Positions 30,134 through 39,651 of a stretch of DNA of 60,447 bases are shown here, piece after piece. The stretch's first letter is position 1, and each line of letters starts with the position of its first letter. The notes beneath the pieces are model-generated. The model ran no database searches. It saw nothing but the letters and a program-made list of their open reading frames with translations, and had not been told where the DNA came from. Both the position numbers and the translations under genes were made by a program. The stretch spans positions 1-60,447 of the forward strand of contig SLPC01000048.1 in assembly GCA_007132185.1 (NCBI GenBank), in the 5' to 3' direction. This DNA is from Anaerolineae bacterium (GTDB taxonomy: Bacteria; Chloroflexota; Anaerolineae; UBA1429).

Positions 30134-30972
30134 TCCCGCCTACGCCGAAAGTAGCTGCGTATCAACGTCGCGACCAGGTTCATCGAGAGTACAAAGGCCA
30201 AAAGCACCAACGCGGTACCATGCTGAATCTGCAGCGGCATGGCCGGCACCTGGGTGCTGATCACATAGAGGTGATAGGGTAGTGCCATGGTCTGGTCAAA
30301 GGGCGATTGGGGCAGGCGCGGGAGAAAGAACGCCGCCACCGTGAACAGGATCGGCGCGGTCTCGCCAGCCGCCCGAAGCAGCCCCAAGATGACGCCCGTG
30401 ATGATGCCGGGCAATGCCTGAGGCAATACGATGCGGCGAATGCCCTGCCAGTGGGTGCCCCCCAGGCTTTCGCTTACCGTGCGGTACTCCATAGGCACGG
30501 CTCGCAACGCCTCTTCGGAAGTGCTGATGATCACGGGCAGCGTCATGATGGCCAGGGTCAGCGAGCCTGCTAGAATCGAGGTGCCGAACTGCAGTAGCAG
30601 GACAAAGAGCCCGAGGCCGAACAATCCATATACCACCGAAGGAATACTGGCCAGGTTGACAATGGCCAGCCGAATGGCCCGGGTAAAGACGTTGTCTTGG
30701 GCATATTCGGACAGATAGACGGCGGCCCCGACCCCCACGGGTATCGCAACCAATCCGGTACCCAGGGTGAGCAGAATCGTGCCCACGATGGCCGGATAGA
30801 TGCCCCCCGCCCGCATGCCATCGCGCGGCATGGCCGAAAGAAACTCCCAACTGACCGCCGGAAGCCCACTATAGATGATAGCGCCGATCACCAGCAGAAT
30901 GGGGACAATAACTACGAGGCTCAGCAACCCCAGGAGCACAAAGCCCAGCTTCTGGGCTAGCTGTTGGCTCAT
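30127..30972 (-). CDS. pstA: Phosphate ABC transporter permease PstA
   Basis: 6-TM permease with an EAA-like loop (EEALRAVPMEYRTVSESLGGTHWQ). Its operon position fits pstA. Confidence 0.85.
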   Translation of the reverse strand: MSQQLAQKLGFVLLGLLSLVVIVPILLVIGAIIYSGLPAVSWEFLSAMPRDGMRAGGIYPAIVGTILLTLGTGLVAIPVGVGAAVYLSEYAQDNVFTRAIRLAIVNLASIPSVVYGLFGLGLFVLLLQFGTSILAGSLTLAIMTLPVIISTSEEALRAVPMEYRTVSESLGGTHWQGIRRIVLPQALPGIITGVILGLLRAAGETAPILFTVAAFFLPRLPQSPFDQTMALPYHLYVISTQVPAMPLQIQHGTALVLLAFVLSMNLVATLIRSYFRRRREW

Positions 30973-31877
30973 CAGCGTAGCCCTCCCCTCGTTCGTCGCC
31001 GGAACATCACCGAGGCGGCAGAGAGCGTGATGGCAAGAGTGAGGATGAACAGGATCAGCCCGACACCAAAGAGCACATGATAGTGGGTACTACCGCGGGC
31101 CACCTCGCCCATCTCGGCCGCAATGGTGGCGGTCATCGTGCGAATGGGCATGAACAGGTCAGACAGCGAATCGGGGATGCGCGCCGCATTGCCTGTCACC
31201 ATCAGAACGGCCATCGTCTCGCCAATGGCGCGGCCCATCCCCAGCATCACCGCCATAAGGATGCCCGAACGAGCAGCCGGCACCACCACGCGCCATATCG
31301 TCTGCCACTGGGTGGCCCCCATGGCCAGCCCGGCATCACGATAGCTCCGGGGCACCGCGTCCAATGCATCTTCAGCCACGGTAATAATGGTCGGCAACGA
31401 CATGTAGGCCAGCAGCAACGAGCCAGTAAAGGCGGTCAGGCCTGTGGGCGCTCCCAGATTTTCGCGGATGATGGGCGCCACGGTGATCATGCCGAAAAAG
31501 CCCAGCACCACGGAGGGGATGCCCGCCAGTACCTCGATCAGCGGCTTGAGTATCTCGCGGGCCCAACCGGGCACAATTTCTCGCACGAACACCGCCGTGC
31601 CGATGCCCAGGGGAAATGCGATCAACATAGCAACCACAGTGACGAGCAGCGATCCGATGATCAGGGGCAGAACGCCATAGAGCCCCAGGCTCGGGTACCA
31701 GAGGCTGTCGAACAGATTGTTGAGCGGAACGCGCACAAAGGCAGGAATGCCCTCTAGGAGCAAAAAGACAAAGATCATGGCTACAAAGCCAACGGCCGAG
31801 AACCCGAGCACACGGATGATCGTCTCGATCACCCACTCCATGCGCTTACGAACCGGGGGACTCGTCCCAGGAACCAT
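30972..31877 (-). CDS. pstC: Phosphate ABC transporter permease PstC
   Basis: 6-TM permease with an EAA-like loop (EDALDAVPRSYRDAGLAMGATQWQ). Its operon position fits pstC. Confidence 0.85.
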   Translation of the reverse strand: MVPGTSPPVRKRMEWVIETIIRVLGFSAVGFVAMIFVFLLLEGIPAFVRVPLNNLFDSLWYPSLGLYGVLPLIIGSLLVTVVAMLIAFPLGIGTAVFVREIVPGWAREILKPLIEVLAGIPSVVLGFFGMITVAPIIRENLGAPTGLTAFTGSLLLAYMSLPTIITVAEDALDAVPRSYRDAGLAMGATQWQTIWRVVVPAARSGILMAVMLGMGRAIGETMAVLMVTGNAARIPDSLSDLFMPIRTMTATIAAEMGEVARGSTHYHVLFGVGLILFILTLAITLSAASVMFRRRTRGGLR

Positions 31878-31901
31878 CTCACCTCACATGAATAGCTGCT
31901 G

Positions 31902-32858
31902 TCAATCCAGCGGCACGAAACCCAATTCTCGCACCATCTCCTGCCCATCGGTCAGGACCCACTCCAGAAACTCGCGGACCTCGCCGACCGGCTCGCCCGT
32001 AGTATACACATGGAGTGGACGCGAGATCACATAGGTGCCATCACGGACCGTCTCGATGGACGGTAAAACAAAGGGCCCCTCAGGATCGAGCCCTACGGCA
32101 ACTACTTTTTTGTCTGGTGTCACATAGCCCAGGCCATCGTAGCCGATGGCGTTGCGGTTCTGGCGCACCTCTGTGCTGATCCCCTCAGACGAGGGCATCA
32201 GTAAAGAGTTGGGCGAGAACCTGGCATCAGCTCGGGCTGGATCTCGGCGCAGGACATGCTCCAAAAAGTACACATATGTGCCCGAGTTGGACTCGCGCGA
32301 GACAAGCACAATGGGCCGATCATAGCTGCCCAGCTCGGCCCAGTTGGTGATCCTGCCGGTATAGATGTCCGTAATCTGCTGAATTGTGAGCTGTTCGATG
32401 GGATTTTCGAGGTGAACGACGATGGCAATGGCGTCCAGCGCCACCACAAACTCGACGGGATCCATGCCCGCGGCGCGGGCCGCCTCAAACTCGCGGCTTG
32501 TCATGTCACGTGAGGAGGCAGCGATATCGACTGTACCGTTTATCATAGAGGCGATGCCGGTTCCAGAGCCGCCTCCGGTCACAGAGATGCGCACGTCCGG
32601 TTGAACAAGCTGATAGCCCTCCACCCAGGCGAGAGCCAGGTTTACCAGCGTGTCAGAGCCTTTGATCTCTATGGTGCCGGGCGGTGTAGCAGGAGCCGTG
32701 TCATTGGGGGGACGACAGCCCGCTAGAGAGAAGAACAGAGTTGCCACAAGCAAGCACCAGACGCACAGGAATCCAAGATACCTTGTACCCTTTGCATGCC
32801 TGCGATGTGTTGGTACCAATGCGTCACTCCATCGAATAAAGAATCGCTCAGAGTCCAT
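31902..32858 (-). CDS. pstS: Phosphate-binding lipoprotein PstS
   Basis: Lipobox FSLAG|C, plus GSDTLVNLALAW, GGGSGTGIASM, SSRDMT. The exact start is uncertain. Confidence 0.85.
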   Translation of the reverse strand: MDSERFFIRWSDALVPTHRRHAKGTRYLGFLCVWCLLVATLFFSLAGCRPPNDTAPATPPGTIEIKGSDTLVNLALAWVEGYQLVQPDVRISVTGGGSGTGIASMINGTVDIAASSRDMTSREFEAARAAGMDPVEFVVALDAIAIVVHLENPIEQLTIQQITDIYTGRITNWAELGSYDRPIVLVSRESNSGTYVYFLEHVLRRDPARADARFSPNSLLMPSSEGISTEVRQNRNAIGYDGLGYVTPDKKVVAVGLDPEGPFVLPSIETVRDGTYVISRPLHVYTTGEPVGEVREFLEWVLTDGQEMVRELGFVPLD

Positions 32859-32962
32859 TCTAGTGGCAGGCCCGCATCATCGCAAATCGCCATTCTGTAC
32901 GAGTATACAAGACGATACGCCAAAGCCGCAAGGAGCGTATCATTGCTGATTTCGTTATCTCC

Positions 32963-32992
32963 TTGACCAATGCCTGGCGTTGCGTCTAGAAT
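32963..32992 (+). promoter_or_regulatory. Candidate promoter of the nine-gene oxidoreductase/TIM-barrel operon
   Basis: TTGACC (32963-32968), 18-nt spacer, TAGAAT (32987-32992), 44 nt upstream of ATG 33036. Confidence 0.45.
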
Positions 32993-33035
32993 AGACGAAA
33001 GAAGACCCATTTTCTGCCAAGAAGGAGTGCCTTTC

Positions 33036-34157
33036 ATGAGCGACAAGACTCGGATCGCCATAATAGGTGTAGGTCAAATTGGCACGCGTCATCTGGAGAA
33101 ATATGCCCAGATTCCTGATGCGGAGGTCGTAGCCATCGCTGATCTGCGAGAAGACCATGCCGAGCGGATTGCGGAACAGTTTGGCGTGCCTGACACGTAT
33201 GGTGACTATGCCGCGATGCTCAAGCGTAATGACATCGACGCCGTGGATGTATGCCTCCACAATCGACTGCACTGCCAGGCAACCATTGATGTGCTCGAGT
33301 CAGGCAAGCACTGCTACTGCGAAAAGCCCATGTCCTGGACCTATGCCGAATCCAAAGAGATGTATGATGCCGCACACAGTGCCGGCAAAAAGCTGCACAT
33401 TCAGTTGGGGCGCATCTACCAGGCGCCATCGCGCGCCGCCAAGCGCCTTATCGAGGACGGCCACCTGGGCAGGATCTATTTCGCCAAGACGGTCAACTAT
33501 CGTCGTCGGGGCCGTCCCTTTGTGGACGGATACGGCACGCCCGCCTTTGTTAGCGTCGAGACCTCGGGAGGCGGCGCCATGCTCGATATGGCCGTCTACC
33601 ATATTTCACTTATGTTGTATCTGTTGGATAATCCCGAGCTGGAGACCGTCTCTGGCGCAACCTATCAGACGCTCGAGAATATAGACCCCGATCGGGCTCA
33701 GGAATCGGACTATAACGTAGAAGAACTGGGCATGGCCTATATCCGGCTGGCGGGCGGCATAAGCCTGATCCTAGAGGAAGCCTGGGCCATCCATTCCGAT
33801 GATCCTGCCAGAGAGCAGGTGATGGGCTCTCGGGGCGGGCTACGAGTTGATCCACTGACCTACTATGCCACACTATCTGATCTCGAGATGGATGCTACCT
33901 TTGATGTCGAAAAGGGGATCTGGCGCTGGGAGCAGTCCGATCCCTGTGCGGTGTACTACTCCGAGTCGCAAAAGCACTGGGTGGCCGCCCTACAGGGCGA
34001 GGTACCATTGATCGACACGGCAGGACTGGCCCTCAATACCGCCTTGATTACCGAGGGCGTATATCTGTCCAGCCATCTGGGACGCGAGGTCACCCGTGCA
34101 GAGATCGAGGAAGCAGAGCCTGGTTTGGGCCGAAAGCACAGTCCAAAAGTCGAATAA
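33036..34157 (+). CDS. Gfo/Idh/MocA family oxidoreductase (1 of 3)
   Basis: RIAIIGVGQIGTRH Rossmann fold and YCEKPMS. ATG 33036 follows GAAGGAG at 33021-33027. Confidence 0.85.
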   Translation: MSDKTRIAIIGVGQIGTRHLEKYAQIPDAEVVAIADLREDHAERIAEQFGVPDTYGDYAAMLKRNDIDAVDVCLHNRLHCQATIDVLESGKHCYCEKPMSWTYAESKEMYDAAHSAGKKLHIQLGRIYQAPSRAAKRLIEDGHLGRIYFAKTVNYRRRGRPFVDGYGTPAFVSVETSGGGAMLDMAVYHISLMLYLLDNPELETVSGATYQTLENIDPDRAQESDYNVEELGMAYIRLAGGISLILEEAWAIHSDDPAREQVMGSRGGLRVDPLTYYATLSDLEMDATFDVEKGIWRWEQSDPCAVYYSESQKHWVAALQGEVPLIDTAGLALNTALITEGVYLSSHLGREVTRAEIEEAEPGLGRKHSPKVE

Positions 34158-34176
34158 TCTCGTGGAGGAGAGCACA

Positions 34177-35280
34177 ATGACTCGTAACAAGCTCAAGGTA
34201 GGGTTGATCGGCACCGGCATGATCTGCAACATCGCTCACGTGCCGGCCTGGCGCGAGCTGGCCGATGAGGTAGAGATCGTCGGGGCAGCGGATGTCGTGG
34301 CCGACCACGCGCGGGGCACCGCCGAGGCCCATGACATTCCCCAATGGTTCGATGACCCGCAACGTATGCTGGACGAGCTGCGCCCCGATATCGTATCGGT
34401 GTGCGCGCCCAATCGCTACCACAAGCCCTGGACTCTGGCCGCTCTCGAGGCAGGCGCCCATGTGCTGTGCGAAAAGCCTGTGGCCGATAACTATCAGGAT
34501 GCCGTGGAGATGTATGATGCCGCCGAGGCTGCCGGCAAGCTCCTGATGGTGGGGCAGAGCGTACGTTTTCGCAGTGACAGCATGGCTGCCAAATCGCTGA
34601 CTGACGCGGGCGTCCTCGGCGAGACCTACTACGCCGAGGCAGGCGCCATGCGCCGCCGTGGCGTTCCGACCTGGGGCCAGTTCCATATGCAGGAGCACTC
34701 GGGCGGTGGCCCGATCTATGATATCGGCGTGCATGCCCTGGATCTGGTCATGTGGCTCATAGGCAGCCCCAGGGTGATCTCGGTTAGCGGCGCTGCCTAT
34801 ACCCGGTTGGCGAATCAGGACGAGGGCCTGCTGACCTCGGAGGCCGATAGCGGTGCGCCCGAAGGTGTGCCCGCCGCCCGCCCATATGACTATCGCGAGT
34901 TTGACGTAGAGGATCTGGGCGTTGGGTTCTTGCGGTTGGAGAACGACATGACCATCGTATTGCGGGCCTCGTGGGCCGCCAACATCCCCGAGGGCACCGG
35001 CAGCACCTTTATCCTTGGCACCAGGGCCGGCATGGCGCTCAATCCTCTGCGCATCATCGGCACATTGGGGGCCTATCAGGCCGATACGACCCCCATCGTG
35101 CCAGGCCGAGATGAGCCCTTTGCCATGGGGCACATCCGCGAGGCGGCCCACTTTGTGCGGGCCATTCGCGGCGAGGAGGAGCTGAGCGTCAAGCGAGACG
35201 AGGTGCTGAACGTCATTCATGCCCTCGATGCGTTATACCGCTCAGCCCAGTCGGGCGCCGAAGTGCATCTTGACTGGTAG
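34177..35280 (+). CDS. Gfo/Idh/MocA family oxidoreductase (2 of 3)
   Basis: KVGLIGTGMI and LCEKPVA. ATG 34177 follows GGAGGAG at 34164-34170. Confidence 0.85.
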   Translation: MTRNKLKVGLIGTGMICNIAHVPAWRELADEVEIVGAADVVADHARGTAEAHDIPQWFDDPQRMLDELRPDIVSVCAPNRYHKPWTLAALEAGAHVLCEKPVADNYQDAVEMYDAAEAAGKLLMVGQSVRFRSDSMAAKSLTDAGVLGETYYAEAGAMRRRGVPTWGQFHMQEHSGGGPIYDIGVHALDLVMWLIGSPRVISVSGAAYTRLANQDEGLLTSEADSGAPEGVPAARPYDYREFDVEDLGVGFLRLENDMTIVLRASWAANIPEGTGSTFILGTRAGMALNPLRIIGTLGAYQADTTPIVPGRDEPFAMGHIREAAHFVRAIRGEEELSVKRDEVLNVIHALDALYRSAQSGAEVHLDW

Positions 35281-35312
35281 AGCGTGTCCGCCATAGACAA
35301 AGGAGAACCGCC

Positions 35313-36440
35313 ATGACCAATACCTATCGCCTGGGGATCATTGGGTTTGGGCACATGCACATCAACAACGTAGCGCAGCTCTTTGATGCGCACCCGCAGG
35401 TCCAGTGGGTGGCCTGCTCCGACACGATGCCCATTGGGCCCGAGCTCCGCAAGGCCCCCTATACTCGCGAATGGAATCGCGAGAATGTCATGTCCTTCAC
35501 GGGCATGGATACCTACTATGACGTGTTCTACGAGATGCTGGTCAAAGAGGATCTGGACATCGTAATCGTCACCTGCGAGAATGCACAACATCCGGCGGTG
35601 GTTGAGGCGTGCGCCGCTTCGGGCGTGAGTGTATGTGTCGAAAAGCCGATGGCAGCCAGCCTGCCCGATGCCCTGCGTATGGTACGGGCCTGCATCGCCA
35701 ATGATGTGAGCATGGTGATCAACTGGCCTCTGACCTGGTCGCCGGCAGCCCGCCAGGCCAAAGAGCTGATCGACGAGGGAACCATTGGCCGCGTGCTGGA
35801 GGTCAAGTGGAGATCGGGTCACACCGGCCCCCTGGGCCAGGGTGCGGCCCATGCCGGTGTCGAGGACGAGGCAGAGACGCTGAGCGGCGTGGAACGAGCG
35901 GCCACCTGGTGGCACCAGACGGCAGCCGGGGGCGGCGCCATGCTCGACTATTGCTGCTACGGGGCGATGGTCAGCCGCTGGTACATCGGCAAGCCGGCCC
36001 AGGCGGCGATGGGCATGCGGGCCAACCTGCACAGCCAATGGGGCGACGCCGAGGACAATGCCGCCATGCTGGTTCGCTTCCCTGGAGCCATGGCCCTCCT
36101 GGAGGGATCCTGGACCACCCTGGATCACGGTGTGCCCACGGGTCCCATCATCTATGGCACCACGGGAACGCTGCTCGTTGGTAGCGATGACGAGGGCCCC
36201 TTTGTGCGACTGACACGCGGCGGCGGCGACACGACGGTCTATCGGCCCGATCCCCTGCCCGAGGGGCGCCACAATGTGGCCTACGAGTTCATCCATCATC
36301 TGGACACCGGCGAGCCAGTGCACCCGACGCTGGACATGCAGAACAATCTCGAGTATATGGCTATACTGGACGCAGGCCTGCGCTCGGCCGGAAGCGGCCA
36401 GATCGAACTGGTCGACAGTGCCGCCTGGAGCATCGGATGA
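35313..36440 (+). CDS. Gfo/Idh/MocA family oxidoreductase (3 of 3, divergent N-terminus)
   Basis: RLGIIGFGHMH and CVEKPMA, with RBS AGGAG at 35301-35305. Confidence 0.8.
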   Translation: MTNTYRLGIIGFGHMHINNVAQLFDAHPQVQWVACSDTMPIGPELRKAPYTREWNRENVMSFTGMDTYYDVFYEMLVKEDLDIVIVTCENAQHPAVVEACAASGVSVCVEKPMAASLPDALRMVRACIANDVSMVINWPLTWSPAARQAKELIDEGTIGRVLEVKWRSGHTGPLGQGAAHAGVEDEAETLSGVERAATWWHQTAAGGGAMLDYCCYGAMVSRWYIGKPAQAAMGMRANLHSQWGDAEDNAAMLVRFPGAMALLEGSWTTLDHGVPTGPIIYGTTGTLLVGSDDEGPFVRLTRGGGDTTVYRPDPLPEGRHNVAYEFIHHLDTGEPVHPTLDMQNNLEYMAILDAGLRSAGSGQIELVDSAAWSIG

Positions 36441-36451
36441 GAGGGGGCGCC

Positions 36452-37219
36452 ATGGCAACGGACAGGGTTTCGCTGGCATCTTACGCCTTTCATGGCCTGC
36501 TGGCCGATGGCAAGATGGACCTGTTTGGATACCTGGAGAGCTGCAAGTTTCGCTACCAGGTGCAAGCCGATATCTGGAACGGGATGCTGATTAGCACCGA
36601 AACCGACTACTTGTACAAGGTCAAAGAGGCGCTGGATAGCCGTGGCCTGGTATTGGCCAATCTGTGCGTGGACGAGGCCCACATCTGGGAGGATGATGAG
36701 GATGCGCGCGAGGCCAACCACCGCAACGCCCTGGCGCATCTCGAGGCCGCCGAGATCCTGGGCGCGCGCACGGTCCGCATCGACGCCGGAGGCGATCCAC
36801 GGGCGCGTGTCTTTACAGAACAGCAGTTTGACCATATCATTCAGCGCTACCGTGAATATGCGCGGCGCGCCCTCGACGGGGGCTATCGGGTGGGGCCTGA
36901 GAACCATTGGGGGGCAGAGGTAGTGCCCGAGAACATGCGACGCATTTGCGAGGCGGTGGATCATCCTGCGTTCGGCGTGCTACTGCATTTTCGCGGAGAT
37001 GCCGGAGATCGCGTCATGGTCCCCTGGGCGATGCACACCCACGTCTCGTGGGAAATCACCGAGGGCCCGCTCACGGCCTGCATGGGGATGTTGCGCGATG
37101 CAGGCTATGAGGGCTACTGGGGCGTCGAGCACCATAGCGGGCGCAACGAGTACACCGAGGTCGCCGTGCAGATCGCTCGGGTACGCGACGTCCTGTGGCG
37201 TTGGCAGCGTGGCGAGTAA
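36452..37219 (+). CDS. Xylose-isomerase-like TIM-barrel protein (sugar phosphate isomerase/epimerase family), paralogue 1 (most divergent)
   Basis: Motifs AAEILGARTVRIDAGG, RYREYARRALDGGYRVGPENH, AVDHPAFGVLLH, PWAMHTHV, GYEGYWGVE. ATG 36452 follows GAGGGGG. Confidence 0.8.
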   Translation: MATDRVSLASYAFHGLLADGKMDLFGYLESCKFRYQVQADIWNGMLISTETDYLYKVKEALDSRGLVLANLCVDEAHIWEDDEDAREANHRNALAHLEAAEILGARTVRIDAGGDPRARVFTEQQFDHIIQRYREYARRALDGGYRVGPENHWGAEVVPENMRRICEAVDHPAFGVLLHFRGDAGDRVMVPWAMHTHVSWEITEGPLTACMGMLRDAGYEGYWGVEHHSGRNEYTEVAVQIARVRDVLWRWQRGE

Positions 37220-37241
37220 CCAAGATCATCCAGGAGGCAAG

Positions 37242-38018
37242 ATGCGCATTTCGTTGATGTCTTACACGTTCAACCCCATGACCCGCGAGGGAACCATGGA
37301 TGCCTTTACCTATCTGGAGACGGTGCGGTATCGCTACGATCTGACGACCGCCGATCTCTGGAATCGGACCCTGGCCAGTCTGGAGCCAGACCATCTGCAG
37401 GCGCTACGGATGGGGCTGATCGAACGGGAGCTGGACCTGGTCAACCTGGCTGTTGATGGGGCCCACATCTGGGAAGAAGATCCTGATACTCGTGATGAGC
37501 ACCACAGGGTGGCCCTGGATCATCTGCTTGCCGCCGAGATCCTGGGCGCCAAGTCGGTGCGCATCGATGCGGGCGGAGGGCGCGATGAACGCGAATGGAC
37601 CTCGGAGCAGTTTGACCATATTGTGATGCGCTTCCGCGAGTATGCCCAGCATGCCCACGACAATGGCTATATGGTAGGACCGGAGAATCACTGGGGCGCC
37701 GCCACGGTACCCAAAGAGGTCAAGCGTCTGTGCGAGGCGGTGGATCATCCTGCTTTTGGCGTGTTGCTGCACTGCAAGCGTTGGCAGGGCGACCAGGCCG
37801 CCCAGGGCGACGAGATCGTGGCCCCCTGGACGATGCATCTGCACCTGACGGCAGCCCTGTCGGACGAAGAGCTTTCCGATACGATGGAGATGCTGCGCGA
37901 CAAAGGCTATACTGGAGTCTGGGGTATCGAGCTGGGCGGCGCGACTCATGCCGAGGCAGGCGTGATGGTTGCCAGGGTCCGACGCGTGCTGGAAGAGTGG
38001 CGACTCGCAGACGCCTAA
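37242..38018 (+). CDS. Xylose-isomerase-like TIM-barrel protein, paralogue 2
   Basis: MRISLMSYTF... start after CAGGAGG at 37231-37237. It carries the same motif set (GPENH, AVDHPAFGVLLH, APWTMHLHL). The long ORF-track start at 36999 is rejected. Confidence 0.85.
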   Translation: MRISLMSYTFNPMTREGTMDAFTYLETVRYRYDLTTADLWNRTLASLEPDHLQALRMGLIERELDLVNLAVDGAHIWEEDPDTRDEHHRVALDHLLAAEILGAKSVRIDAGGGRDEREWTSEQFDHIVMRFREYAQHAHDNGYMVGPENHWGAATVPKEVKRLCEAVDHPAFGVLLHCKRWQGDQAAQGDEIVAPWTMHLHLTAALSDEELSDTMEMLRDKGYTGVWGIELGGATHAEAGVMVARVRRVLEEWRLADA

Positions 38019-38039
38019 GATCGAGATCAACCAATCAAC

Positions 38040-38819
38040 ATGCGCTTGTCTCTGATGGCATATACATTCTACCCTATGCTCCAACGCGGTGTCATGGATG
38101 AGTTTGGATATCTGGAAACGATCCGCTATCGCTATGGCCTGCGGGCGGCGGATCTGTGGAACTGGATGCTGGACAGTATCGATGATAACCATGCCCGGGT
38201 TGTGCAGCGCGCCCTCGTAGAGCGCGAGTTGGAGCTTGTCGGCCTGAGTGTCAGCGGTCCCACTGTCTGGGCCGATGACCTGAACGCGCGAGAATACAAC
38301 CACAGGAACCTGTTGACACATCTGCGTGCGGCCGAGATTCTCGGCGCCAAGACGGTGACGATAGAGGCGGGGGGCCAGTACGATGCCCTCACGTATAGTG
38401 ACGAGCAGTTCGACTATTTCGTCACGCGCTACCGCGAGTATGCGCAGCGCGCCCATGACAACGGGTACAGGATAGGGCCGGAGAATCACTATGGCCCTGA
38501 GCTGGTGCCGGCAGAGATGCGACACCTCTGCCAGGCAGTGGATCATCCCGGCTTTGGGATGGTGCTGCACACCAGAGAATGGATAGGAGAGGACGCACAC
38601 CGGGGCACCGAGATGCTGGCCCCATGGATCATGCATGTACATCTGTCAGACGTCCCCTCGCATGAGAAGATGGTCGATACCGTGACAACGCTCCTCAATG
38701 GTGGCTATGCTGGTGCGTGGAGTATCGAGACCGAGCAAGGGGCAAGCTACGCCCAGGCGGGCCTCATGATTGCCCGGGTGCGGCATATACTGGAAGGATG
38801 GCGCCATACGGTGGATTGA
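38040..38819 (+). CDS. Xylose-isomerase-like TIM-barrel protein, paralogue 3
   Basis: MRLSLMAYTF... with the same motif set (GPENH, AVDHPGFGMVLH, APWIMHVHL). Confidence 0.85.
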   Translation: MRLSLMAYTFYPMLQRGVMDEFGYLETIRYRYGLRAADLWNWMLDSIDDNHARVVQRALVERELELVGLSVSGPTVWADDLNAREYNHRNLLTHLRAAEILGAKTVTIEAGGQYDALTYSDEQFDYFVTRYREYAQRAHDNGYRIGPENHYGPELVPAEMRHLCQAVDHPGFGMVLHTREWIGEDAHRGTEMLAPWIMHVHLSDVPSHEKMVDTVTTLLNGGYAGAWSIETEQGASYAQAGLMIARVRHILEGWRHTVD

Positions 38820-38832
38820 TCCAGGAGAATCT

Positions 38833-38844
38833 GGGGGGGGGGGG
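38833..38844 (+). repeat. G12 homopolymer tract in the paralogue 3/4 spacer
   Basis: ctGGGGGGGGGGGGagatcgcATG. The tract forms the apparent SD of paralogue 4. Confidence 0.9.
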
Positions 38845-38851
38845 AGATCGC

Positions 38852-39631
38852 ATGCACGTCACAGTAATGTCCTACTCGTTCTATCCGATAACTCGCGCAG
38901 GTACCATGGATGTTTTTGGCTATCTGGAGACGATCCGCTACCGCTATGGCCTGCGTACGGCGGACCTGTGGAACTGGACTATGGCCAGCACCGAAGAGGA
39001 CTATGTCCGAGTCGTGCGGCGCGGCCTGGTGGAGAGGGGGCTGGAGCTGGCCGGCCTCAATGTCAGCAACTACCTCATATGGGATGACGATCCAGGCATT
39101 CGCAACTATAATCATCGCAGTGTCCTGGCCAACCTACGGATTGCCGAGATCCTGGGCGCCCAGACCGTCTCGCTCGAGGCGGGGGGCCATCATGATGCGC
39201 ATGACTATACCGAGGAGCAGTTCGACTATTTCGTCACCCGCTATCGCGAATATGCCCAGCGCGCCTACGATAATGGCTACCGGGTGGGGCCGGAGAATCA
39301 TTTTGGTCCAGAGCTCAGACCGACAGTGATGCGGCGCCTCTGCGAGGCGATAGACCACCCCGGCCTTGGCTTTTTGCTCCATGCCGGAAACTGGGATGGG
39401 GAGAATGCCGATCGGGGAAACACCATGTTGGCCCCGTGGGTGATGCATGTGCATCTGCCAGACAGCCTATCCGATAAAGACCTCTCCGAGATGATGACGA
39501 TGCTGCGTGACCACGGCTATGCCGGCGCGTGGAGCGTCGAGGCGGTATATGGAGGAACCTACGCCCAAGTAGGCGCCATGATCGCCCGTGTGCAGCGTGT
39601 GTTGGAGGGCTGGCGGCTGATCGATCAATGA
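38852..39631 (+). CDS. Xylose-isomerase-like TIM-barrel protein, paralogue 4
   Basis: MHVTVMSYSF... with the same motif set (GPENH, AIDHPGLGFLLH, APWVMHVHL). The ORF-track start at 38717 is rejected. Confidence 0.85.
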   Translation: MHVTVMSYSFYPITRAGTMDVFGYLETIRYRYGLRTADLWNWTMASTEEDYVRVVRRGLVERGLELAGLNVSNYLIWDDDPGIRNYNHRSVLANLRIAEILGAQTVSLEAGGHHDAHDYTEEQFDYFVTRYREYAQRAYDNGYRVGPENHFGPELRPTVMRRLCEAIDHPGLGFLLHAGNWDGENADRGNTMLAPWVMHVHLPDSLSDKDLSEMMTMLRDHGYAGAWSVEAVYGGTYAQVGAMIARVQRVLEGWRLIDQ

Positions 39632-39651
39632 GCATTACCATTGGGGGTATG

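Noticed and set aside
36999-38018. N-terminally extended ORF-track versions of TIM-barrel paralogues (36999, 38717, 39529) and of other genes (16904, 22589, 32970, 34096, 42538, 54574, 55597, 59258).
   Set aside because: The extensions overlap the preceding gene in another frame and lack an SD. The internal ATGs have SDs at proper spacing and align with the conserved N-termini of the paralogues.
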